64,000 nucleotides of DNA from an uncultured Acidimicrobiaceae bacterium (GTDB lineage: Bacteria > Actinomycetota > Acidimicrobiia > Acidimicrobiales > RAAP-2). The stretch spans positions 29,797 through 93,796 of the forward strand of contig CAWHVY010000013.1 of the NCBI GenBank assembly GCA_963832925.1. Reading direction: 5' to 3'. The notes under the pieces are model-generated. The model did not search any database, was not told the origin of the DNA, and was given only the letters and a program-made list of their open reading frames with translations. Position numbers and translations under genes: made by a program. The first letter of the stretch is position 1; each line of letters opens with the position of its first letter. This document shows, in pieces, positions 11,431-19,271 of this stretch.

Positions 11431-11877
11431 TTAACCGCGGCGGATGGCCGAGGTGTCGTACTGCGTAGGTGTTTGGGCCGCGTGCGGGTGCTCGGGTCCG
11501 GCGTAGACGAAGAGCTTGCCCATGATCTCGCGACCAAGGCGGTTCTTCGGGACCATGCCCTTGACGGCGTCGAAGACCAATTTGACCGGGTCTTCGTCGA
11601 GCAATGTCTGCCAGGACGTCGCGCGCAGACCGCCCGGGTAACCCGAGTGGTGGTAGGCGAACTTCTGCGCGGCCTTGTTGGCGGTGAGGACCACCTTGTC
11701 GGCGTTCACGATGATGACGTTGTCGCCGCAGTCGATGTGCGGGGCGAAGTAGACGCGGTGCTTGCCGCGAAGGAGCGAGGCAGCGACGGTCGCGAGGCGT
11801 CCCATGACGAGACCCTCGGCGTCGATGACGAGCCACTCCCGGGTGATCTCACTGGCTTTTGGCGAAAATGTGCGCAC
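11431..11877 (-). CDS. rplM: 50S ribosomal protein L13
   Basis: [39 protein letters not shown]. Confidence 0.98.
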   Translation of the reverse strand: MRTFSPKASEITREWLVIDAEGLVMGRLATVAASLLRGKHRVYFAPHIDCGDNVIIVNADKVVLTANKAAQKFAYHHSGYPGGLRATSWQTLLDEDPVKLVFDAVKGMVPKNRLGREIMGKLFVYAGPEHPHAAQTPTQYDTSAIRRG

Positions 11878-11931
11878 AGAACTTCCCATAAACGTTTGTT
11901 GACGGCCCAAACCGGGTCCGAAGGACTCTTA

Positions 11932-11960
11932 AGTCTAGGAAAAATCAGGGGCAATGGCAA
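11932..11960 (-). promoter_or_regulatory. Housekeeping-sigma promoter of rplM-rpsI
   Basis: TTGCCA-N17-TAGACT on the minus strand. Confidence 0.7.
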
Positions 11961-12046
11961 ATCGCGACGGCTATTTTCCCTGATTCACTTGACTTCACGA
12001 GCGGATTGCTCATTCGATGGTACGTGGCCCAGTCACAAGTCATTCC

Positions 12047-12400
12047 TCAGCGGCGCCGTGGAGTGGCCGCCGTATTCGATTTGGCGTCGCGAACGCTCTT
12101 TTCGAGCGACTCGAGACGTCGGTCCCAGGCACTGGCGCGCACGCTCAACCACGTCGAGGCGTGCTGCGCCGCGCCAGTCGAGGCGCGGTAGCGAACCTCG
12201 CGTCCGTCGCGGCTCGCCTCCGCGAGGCCGGCGTTCGCCAGTACTTGCAAGTGTTTCACGATTGCCTGACGCGAGACGACGGCATTTTCGGCGAGTTCCG
12301 TCGCGGTGCGACCGTGTGGGAAGTCCAGGAGCTGTTCGAAGAGTCGTCGGCGCGTCGGGTCCGACAGCGCCGCGAAGACCACCGAGATGTCGTCGCTCAT
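12047..12400 (-). CDS. ArsR/SmtB-family transcriptional regulator
   Basis: VFAALSDPTRRRL, TATELA, VSRQAIVKHLQVLANAGL, GREVRY. Confidence 0.92.
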   Translation of the reverse strand: MSDDISVVFAALSDPTRRRLFEQLLDFPHGRTATELAENAVVSRQAIVKHLQVLANAGLAEASRDGREVRYRASTGAAQHASTWLSVRASAWDRRLESLEKSVRDAKSNTAATPRRR

Positions 12401-12726
12401 CGAGAGATGAGACTCGCTTGGGCCGTCACCTCGATCGGCGACTCAGAGATCGAGATGTGCGTTCCTTCGTCGATCGGTGTCAGTTCAATCTCCACGCGCG
12501 ACGGCTCCTCGGTGAAGGTCGCCCAGCGATACACCAGTCGATTCTCTTCATCGACTTCCTCGACGATCAGGTAGCGAACGTCCCCGCCGTCACTGATCCA
12601 CCCGTCGGCACCGGGTGTCGTCGGCAGCTCGCCATCGTCGCCCAGCCACGAGGGATCGATGACGCGCTCCCACGCCTCACTCGGTGAACAAGGAAGATCC
12701 ATCTCACGGTGCACGGTATCTGTCAT
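12397..12726 (-). CDS. SRPBCC/AHSA1-like ligand-binding protein
   Basis: REMDLPCSPSEAWERV...RLVYRWAT...SRVEIELTP..GTHISISE; coupled to arsR by an ATGA overlap. Confidence 0.75.
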   Translation of the reverse strand: MTDTVHREMDLPCSPSEAWERVIDPSWLGDDGELPTTPGADGWISDGGDVRYLIVEEVDEENRLVYRWATFTEEPSRVEIELTPIDEGTHISISESPIEVTAQASLISR

Positions 12727-12785
12727 GCAACCACTCTATTGCACGAGTCCTGTCGCCGCGCTATCATGCAACTAATCGATTGCAC
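12725..12785. promoter_or_regulatory. Two TGCAA-N8-TTGCA palindromes overlapping the divergent clpP and SRPBCC-arsR promoters
   Basis: ATGCAACCACTCTATTGCAC (12725-12744) and ATGCAACTAATCGATTGCAC (12766-12785). Plus-strand promoter TTGCAC(12739)-N17-TATCAT(12762). Minus-strand TAGAGT lies 6 nt before the SRPBCC ATG. Confidence 0.7.
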
Positions 12786-12821
12786 AAGAACCTGTACGCA
12801 CTGGCGTGCTGAGGAGGCTCT

Positions 12822-13487
12822 ATGACCGACGTTCTGCCACGAGAGATTCGCCACTCGCTCGTGCCGATGGTGCTCGAGGAGTCCAAGGGCGGCGAGCGCG
12901 CCTTCGATATCTATTCCATGCTCCTTCGCCAGCGCATCATCTTCCTCGGCCAAGAGGTCGACGACCAGATCGCGAACCTGATCATCTCCCAGATGCTCTA
13001 TCTCGAGGCGCAGGACCCGGACCGCGACATCAACCTCTACATCAACTCCCCCGGCGGACTCGCCTACGGCGGCATGGCGATCTACGACGTCATCCAACAC
13101 GTGCGCCCGGACGTGTCGACCATCTGCGTCGGCATGGGGATGTCTGCGGCGGCGATGGTGCTCTGCGGCGGCGCGCCCGGCAAGCGACTCGCCCTGCCGA
13201 GCGCGCGCATCATGATCCACCAGGGCAGCGCGGGCGCTCGCGGCGCACCCAGTGACATGGAGATCCAACTTCGCGAAGCACTGTCCCTGACACGACGCAT
13301 GGCCGAGATCATCGCGCACCACAGCAGGCGCCCGGTCGATGAGGTGATGCACGACATCGACCGCGACTACTTCATGACCGCTGACGAGGCCGTCGCCTAC
13401 GGCATCATCGACAGCGTGATCGCGCCGCGCAGTGGATTGGGTTTTGCATTGGACGCGGCGAACACGCCGAGCATCGAAGCTCAGTGA
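12822..13487 (+). CDS. clpP: ATP-dependent Clp protease proteolytic subunit (orphan copy)
   Basis: DIYSMLLRQRIIFLG, LYINSPGG, GMGMSAAA (catalytic Ser), IMIHQG (His), HDIDRDYFM; GAGGAGG SD. Confidence 0.95.
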   Translation: MTDVLPREIRHSLVPMVLEESKGGERAFDIYSMLLRQRIIFLGQEVDDQIANLIISQMLYLEAQDPDRDINLYINSPGGLAYGGMAIYDVIQHVRPDVSTICVGMGMSAAAMVLCGGAPGKRLALPSARIMIHQGSAGARGAPSDMEIQLREALSLTRRMAEIIAHHSRRPVDEVMHDIDRDYFMTADEAVAYGIIDSVIAPRSGLGFALDAANTPSIEAQ

Positions 13488-13488
13488 T

Positions 13489-15438
13489 TCACCAGATGGT
13501 GACGCGCGCCGCTGGCTCCAGCCACATCGCGTCACTCTCGCCGACACCGAACGCGCTGTAGAACTCATCGATGTTGCGCACGATCTGATTGCCGCGGAAC
13601 TCATTCGGCGAGTGCGGGTCGATCGCGAGGAGCCGCTCGACCTCGGCCTTCTGCTCCTTTTGGCGCCACGTCTGGGCCCACGCGAAGAAGAATCGTTCGG
13701 CGGCGCTCAGTCCGTCGATGACCGGCGGTTCGGCACCGTCGAGTGAGATCAGGTACGCCTTCCACGCAATCGAGAGTCCGCCGAGGTCACCGATGTTCTC
13801 CCCCACGGTCAGCGCGCCATTGACGTGCAGTTCAGGCGTCGCCTTCGGTGAGAGCGCGTCGTACTGGGCAATGAGTGACGTCGTTCGTTCTTCGAACGCG
13901 GCGCGGTCTGACGCCTCCCACCAGTCGGCGAGTCGTCCGGTGCCGTCGAACTTCGATCCCTGGTCGTCGAAGCCGTGGCCGATCTCGTGGCCGATGACCG
14001 CGCCGATGGCGCCGTAGTTACCGGCTTCATCGCGCTCGGCGTCAAAGAACGGCGGCTGAAGGATCGACGCGGGAAAGACGATCTCGTTGAAGCCGGGGTT
14101 GTAATACGCGTTCACCGTCTGGGGCGTCATGAACCACTCGTCACGGTCGACGGGTTGTCCGATCTTCGCGAGGTTCCGGGCGAACTCGAACTCGCTGGCG
14201 GCGCGTACGTTCGCGAGCAGGTCGTTCGCGTCGATACGCATCGTCGAGTAGTCGCGCCACTTCGCGGGGTAGCCGACCTTCGGCGTGAAGGCGTCCAGTT
14301 TGTCCAGCGCCCGCTTTCGCGTCGCCTCGCTCATCCACTCGAGTGACGTGATGCTCTGACGGTAGGCCTCGATGAGATTCGTCACCAGCGCGTCCATGCG
14401 AACCTTCACTTCTGGTGGGTACGTTCGCTCCACGTAGATCTTGCCGACCGCCTCGCCCATGGCGCCTTCGACGAGCGCGACGGCGCGCTTCCATCGGGGT
14501 CGAATCGCTTCCGCGCCTGTCAAGGTGCGGCCGTAGAAATCGAAGTTTTCATTCACGAACGGGTCCGAGAGGAACGGCGCGTCACCCGAGATGATCTGCC
14601 AGGACAACCAGTCCTTCCACGCGTCGAGGTTGGACTCGGTGAAGAGTGCGCCAACGGCGCTCGAGAAGCTCGGCTGACGAAGCACGACCTGGTCGAAGGC
14701 TCCGACGGGCACTTCCATGCCGTTGCGCCATACCTCGAGCAAGGAGCCACCGAAGACCTCGCAGGCCTCGTCCCACGAGTTCAGGTTGTAGGTCTTCTCG
14801 GAGTCGCGCGAGTCGACGTTGTTCCAATGGCCCGCGGCGATCTTCTTCTCGAGTTCGAAAATCCGCGACGCCCGCGTCGCGGCATCATCCAGCCCCGCCA
14901 ACGCCAACATCCGCTCCACGTGCACCACGAAGGCGTCGCGGATGGACGCGAAGTGTTCTTCGCGGTAGTAACTCTCATCGGGCAATGAGAGACCACCCTG
15001 TTCGAACAAAGTGACGTATCGCTCCGGGTCGCCCGGGTCGTTGTCCACGAAGACGGCGTAGAAGCCGCCGATGCCGCGTCGCTGCAGTCGACCCATGAGC
15101 GACATCAGCTCACTCACCGTGCTGACGGCGTTGACCAGGGCGAGCCGATCAAGGAGTGGGCCGACACCTAATGCGTTGATGCGTTCTTCGTCGAGGAAAC
15201 TTGCGAACAGGTCACCGACCTTGCGCGCCTCGCTGCCTTCGGGTGCGTCGCGCGATTCGTCGAGAATCTCGCGAATCGCCAGTTCAGCGCCGTCGGCGAG
15301 GATGTCGAACGTTCCGTAGCGCGACTTGTCCTCGGGCATGGCAGTCGTTTCGATCCACGCGCCATTCACGTATTGATAGAGGTCATCTTGCGGTCGGACA
15401 CTTGAATCGAACTGAGAGGCGTCGAATCCGGAGTTCAT
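13489..15438 (-). CDS. M13-family zinc metallopeptidase (PepO/Zmp1-like)
   Basis: RPQDDLYQYVNG, VNAYY, HEIGHGFDDQG (HExxH), GENIGDLGG, DPHSP. Confidence 0.95.
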   Translation of the reverse strand: MNSGFDASQFDSSVRPQDDLYQYVNGAWIETTAMPEDKSRYGTFDILADGAELAIREILDESRDAPEGSEARKVGDLFASFLDEERINALGVGPLLDRLALVNAVSTVSELMSLMGRLQRRGIGGFYAVFVDNDPGDPERYVTLFEQGGLSLPDESYYREEHFASIRDAFVVHVERMLALAGLDDAATRASRIFELEKKIAAGHWNNVDSRDSEKTYNLNSWDEACEVFGGSLLEVWRNGMEVPVGAFDQVVLRQPSFSSAVGALFTESNLDAWKDWLSWQIISGDAPFLSDPFVNENFDFYGRTLTGAEAIRPRWKRAVALVEGAMGEAVGKIYVERTYPPEVKVRMDALVTNLIEAYRQSITSLEWMSEATRKRALDKLDAFTPKVGYPAKWRDYSTMRIDANDLLANVRAASEFEFARNLAKIGQPVDRDEWFMTPQTVNAYYNPGFNEIVFPASILQPPFFDAERDEAGNYGAIGAVIGHEIGHGFDDQGSKFDGTGRLADWWEASDRAAFEERTTSLIAQYDALSPKATPELHVNGALTVGENIGDLGGLSIAWKAYLISLDGAEPPVIDGLSAAERFFFAWAQTWRQKEQKAEVERLLAIDPHSPNEFRGNQIVRNIDEFYSAFGVGESDAMWLEPAARVTIW

Positions 15439-15994
15439 TGGTTGCGTAGGCACGTCAGCGAGCATAACGAGCCAGTCAATGCGAGAAAAGGGCGTCGCGA
15501 ACGTTCGCGGCACGCCCGGTTGTCCTCCACGTCGTTCGTCTCAGGTTTTCTGGTCGAACGCGGACGCGAGAGTGACGTCGTCGCACGAAAGGTCGGCCGA
15601 CGCGACCTTGGTGCGAAACTCGTCGTTCGTCGTCCTCATGTCGATTCACACGATATTCACATGCAGTTGCTACAGAATTGTCATAACGCCCGGCTCTTTC
15701 AGATTCGGCGTCACTGCATACCTGATGAGCGTTCGATTCTGGACAACAACGATGGCGGCGTTTTCGAGGTGAATCGCTCGATCGCACGTCGGCGCTACTT
15801 CAACAATGTGTGTACATAGCCGACGCTTCGTCACCCTTTATCCTGATCACGTTCGTGAACGAACCGTGTGCCTAACTCACTCGACCACGGAGCGCGACAC
15901 TGCGTGGCGACGAATCAGTTCGGCGTGACACAGTTAACCTTTTTTTAGGCAACCTTCGATGAGATTGTCGTTCTCGAAAGTAAGGGGTACCCCC

Positions 15995-16801
15995 ATGATT
16001 GCTCGTGCCACACAGTCCATTGCCGCTCAAAAGCGGCGTTACATAGTTGTCGCCGTCGCATTCGCGCTGGTCGCGGGGCTCCTGGTGAGTTTCGTCGTGA
16101 CGCCGAACGCTCAGGCTGACTACGCCACCGCGTGCGGTTATGGCTACAGTTCGACGGGCACGTTCGGCTACGGATCCGGCAACACCTTCGGCTACGGCTA
16201 CGGCTACGGTGGCACCTTCCACTTTGGCTACGGCGATCAGGTTTGCCCACTCTTCGTCACCAGCTCATCGCTGCCCGCGGGCACCGTTGGCGTCGTCTAC
16301 CCGACCCAGCAGTTGACCGCCACCGGCGGCACGGACTCCTACACATGGACGCTCGCGTCAGGCGCTCTCCCAGCCGGGCTCACGCTGTCCAGTGCCGGCG
16401 CTATCACTGGTACGCCGACGGCATCAGGTGCCTTCTCCTTCGTGGTCTCGGCAACCGACGCGAACGGACAGTCCATCCCAGGCAATCTGTCGATCGCCGT
16501 GGCCTCGGCGACGACGACGACCGTGAAGTCGGCGCCCAAGACCCCCCACCCGACCAGGATCATCGGTGCTGTTCGCTCCCGCAAGACGAGCAACATCACG
16601 ATCGTCGGTTCGGGCTTCTACGGCCAGCCGAGGATCACCTCGAATGACGCGGGCACTCGCGTCGTGGTTCGCCACGACACCGGCACGCAACTCAAGGCCG
16701 TCGTTCAGGTACGAGGCATCGGTCACGTTGGCCGCGTCTTCACCTTCACGATCCGCGACGCAGATGGTCACGTGGGTCGCATCAGGTACGTGCTTCGCTA
16801 G
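15995..16801 (+). CDS. Secreted/surface protein 1: signal peptide, Cys-bracketed Gly/Tyr loop, putative Ig (He_PIG-like) domain, Thr linker, basic C-terminal beta domain
   Basis: Hydrophobic h-region ending NAQA; LPAGTVGVVY..QLTATGG...YTWTLASGALPAGLTLSSAGAITGTPTASGAFSFVVSATD is a typical putative-Ig repeat. Confidence 0.8.
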   Translation: MIARATQSIAAQKRRYIVVAVAFALVAGLLVSFVVTPNAQADYATACGYGYSSTGTFGYGSGNTFGYGYGYGGTFHFGYGDQVCPLFVTSSSLPAGTVGVVYPTQQLTATGGTDSYTWTLASGALPAGLTLSSAGAITGTPTASGAFSFVVSATDANGQSIPGNLSIAVASATTTTVKSAPKTPHPTRIIGAVRSRKTSNITIVGSGFYGQPRITSNDAGTRVVVRHDTGTQLKAVVQVRGIGHVGRVFTFTIRDADGHVGRIRYVLR

Positions 16802-16815
16802 TAACGGGATCGTCG

Positions 16816-16859
16816 ACACAACACGAACCCCCCTCATTTGAGGGGGGTTCGTGTTGTGT
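16816..16859. terminator. Intrinsic terminator hairpin after surface protein 1
   Basis: Perfect 21-bp inverted repeat ACACAACACGAACCCCCCTCA / TGAGGGGGGTTCGTGTTGTGT. Confidence 0.85.
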
Positions 16860-17344
16860 ACCGAGAAGCATTGCGTTGAGTATTCCAACGTACGTCGGTC
16901 GGATTCACCACGTGCACCACTTCGCCGAGAACGAATCGGTACCGAGTCAGCGTCGGTTCGAGACGCGCCCGAGCCAGATGTGCCCGGGACGTTGCACAAA
17001 GTTTCTAAGAATTGTGAATTCTCTTCGTTACGAGTCGCGACGGTGGCTCGCGTTCCTGATGGCGGGCACAATCGCATTACACGCGACACTTATTTTGTGA
17101 GCCACGGGCGAGTCGTCCACGTTACGAATCAGTCCAATTTACTAGTCACGATTCAACCATCACGCTGGTGTCAGCCCTGATGAAAACCGTTTAAGCGACG
17201 TAGATCCTCTTTGTAATCGTCGTAACAAAGACGCGACGAAAAATTCGTTGGCGTGATTGATTACGTTCAACACACCCGCTACGGTTCTTTGTGTAACCAC
17301 TTTGCCCTCCAGATCCCGGGGCCTTACCCCGGATCGAGGTCGCC

Positions 17345-18253
17345 ATGATTGCACGGGCCGCAAAGTCATTTACACACCACAAGAAGAGGTTCATTCCCGT
17401 AGCGGTCGCGGCAGCGCTGTTATCGGGACTCTTCGTGAGTCTCGCGGTGACGCCAAATGCCCTGGCTGACTACTCCGTGGGGTGTGGCTACGGGTACTCG
17501 TCTGGTGGCACCTTCGGTTATGGCACCGGGGCCGCGTTCGGTTATGGCTACGGCACCGGCGGCACCTTCCACTACGGCTACGGCGACCAGGTCTGTCCGA
17601 TCTTCGTCACCACCGCGACGCTCCCCACGGGAACTGTTGGCACGCCCTACTCGTCACAGCTCACGGCAACCGGCGGCACCAACTCCTACACCTGGACGAT
17701 CAGCTCTGGCGCCCTTCCGAACGGCCTGACGCTCTCGACCGGCGGCCTCATCAGCGGAACCCCCATCGTCAGTAACGTCTTCGGATTCAACGTGACCGCC
17801 ACCGATGGCAACGGACAGCCCGCGACGCGCACACTCTCGATCACGATCTCGCCGAGCGGCGGTGGCGGTGGCGGTCCAACCACCACCACGACGACGCTGG
17901 TTGGCACGACCACGACGACGCTGGTCGGCACCACCACGACCACGCTGGTCGGCACCACGACCACGACCATCGTCACGACGCCCCCACCGAAGAGACCGAG
18001 CGGCTGTGTTCTGCGCGGTGCCATTCTTTCGAGGAAGACGATTGACGTCTTCATCACTGGTCACGGCTTCTACGCCCAGCCCAGTATCCGGTCGAATGAT
18101 CGAGGTACGCGATCGGTCGTTCGCCATGACAATGGCTCAAGGTTGGATGCGGTCGTTCAAGTGAAGGGATTCGGAAACATCGGACGTCTCTTCACCTTCA
18201 CCATCACGAACGCCGATGGATTCTCTTGTCGCATTGACTACCGCTTGCACTAG
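17345..18253 (+). CDS. Secreted/surface protein 2, paralog of 15995-16801 with a longer Thr-rich linker
   Basis: Same architecture with Cys at the same codons (47 and 84); YTWTISSGALPNGLTLSTGGLISGTP Ig motif. Confidence 0.8.
   Translation: MIARAAKSFTHHKKRFIPVAVAAALLSGLFVSLAVTPNALADYSVGCGYGYSSGGTFGYGTGAAFGYGYGTGGTFHYGYGDQVCPIFVTTATLPTGTVGTPYSSQLTATGGTNSYTWTISSGALPNGLTLSTGGLISGTPIVSNVFGFNVTATDGNGQPATRTLSITISPSGGGGGGPTTTTTTLVGTTTTTLVGTTTTTLVGTTTTTIVTTPPPKRPSGCVLRGAILSRKTIDVFITGHGFYAQPSIRSNDRGTRSVVRHDNGSRLDAVVQVKGFGNIGRLFTFTITNADGFSCRIDYRLH
17882..17974 (+). repeat. 24-bp coding tandem repeat, (TTTTTLVG)x3 plus TTTTTIV
   Basis: Directly visible ACC/ACG-rich units ending CTGGT(T/C)GGC. Confidence 0.9.
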
Positions 18254-18279
18254 GCGAACACGAAGCACACTGAGTTGAA

Positions 18280-18310
18280 ATCAATCCCCCCTCAAAAAGG
18301 GGGGATTGAT
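18280..18310. terminator. Intrinsic terminator hairpin after surface protein 2
   Basis: ATCAATCCCCCCT / AGGGGGGATTGAT inverted repeat. Confidence 0.8.
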
Positions 18311-18414
18311 CATTACGAGACGAGATCTCATTGGTCCATGATCGAGCGCCCCTTGCAGCGAGACGCTGCAAGGGGCGCTCGCGGATTCGTGCTACACAAG
18401 ACCAGGAGGTCTTG

Positions 18415-19242
18415 ATGCTCGCGCGACTACGCGTTCTGATTCAAATGGAGAATGCGCTATGGCGCACTCCGGATGTGCCTTTTATGGTTCGATTCCTCTA
18501 TGCGCTCTCAAGGATCACTACGCTCCCCCTGACCGGCTTCGTGTGGTGGTTCGGTGGTCGACTATATAGCGACAGTCGGCTCGGGCTTCTCTTGATGCCT
18601 GGCTACCTCCAAGAGTGTCGATCAGTTCTCGGAGCCGTCTCGCCGTTGGTCGCTGCGCCAGATAGTCCACTCTTCGTTCTCGACATAGGCGCGAACGTGG
18701 GACAATTCGCAAGGACCCTGCTCGCCCTCGACGCATCGGCACAGGTTCTGTCGGTGGAGCCGAACCCCGTCGTACTTCCAATTCTGCGGAAGAACCTAAC
18801 TGCATTCGCCGGTCGATCATTCATCCTTACGCGGGCCGTCGGACCAGAGATGAAGCAGTCGGACTTCTTCTTCGTCGTGGGAAAGTCCGCTCAAGGGTCG
18901 ATGTACGCGGAGAACGCGGTCAAAGACCTCGTGGGCGATCCCACCCCACGGCGTGTACCCATCGAGGAAGGGCCGATCACGTCTGAACAATTCGCTCAGA
19001 TTGGTTGGAGCCCGTCACAGATCGTCGACCTCGTGAAACTGGACGTTGAGGGCTACGAAATGACCGCGCTCGCTGGATTGTCAACGATTGAGTTCCGATT
19101 CCTCTGGGTCGAGGTAATCCCCGATCGGCTCGGCGGGGTAAGAGTTGATGAGTTCATCAACACACTTCAGTCATCGACGTCACGTACGGCCGCGGTCGTT
19201 GCGAGTCACGGGGACAACGTCTTGCTCGAACTGCGTCGGTAA
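18415..19242 (+). CDS. FkbM-family SAM-dependent methyltransferase
   Basis: VLDIGANVGQF, VLSVEPNP, DLVKLDVEGYEMTAL; AGGAGGT SD before ATG 18415. Confidence 0.9.
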   Translation: MLARLRVLIQMENALWRTPDVPFMVRFLYALSRITTLPLTGFVWWFGGRLYSDSRLGLLLMPGYLQECRSVLGAVSPLVAAPDSPLFVLDIGANVGQFARTLLALDASAQVLSVEPNPVVLPILRKNLTAFAGRSFILTRAVGPEMKQSDFFFVVGKSAQGSMYAENAVKDLVGDPTPRRVPIEEGPITSEQFAQIGWSPSQIVDLVKLDVEGYEMTALAGLSTIEFRFLWVEVIPDRLGGVRVDEFINTLQSSTSRTAAVVASHGDNVLLELRR

Positions 19243-19271
19243 GTGCTACCCGCATCGCAGGAGTGACGCGA

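Noticed and set aside
15442-15819. Short ORFs in the region between the M13 peptidase and surface protein 1
   Set aside because: Several mutually overlapping frames with no motif, SD or coding-like composition; treated as non-coding.
15666-17017. Similar motif upstream of both surface genes (GTTGCTACAGAATTGTCA at 15666; GTTTCTAAGAATTGTGA at 17001) and a shared ACGAATCAGT
   Set aside because: Short, gapped and non-palindromic; two examples cannot separate a regulator site from duplication remnants or chance.
15440-17345. c-di-GMP or c-di-AMP (ydaO) riboswitch ahead of the surface genes
   Set aside because: The conserved cores could not be identified by eye; an Rfam scan would be needed.
17882-17974. 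Short direct repeats resembling a CRISPR array
   Set aside because: In-frame 24-bp coding repeats with no spacers and no cas genes nearby.
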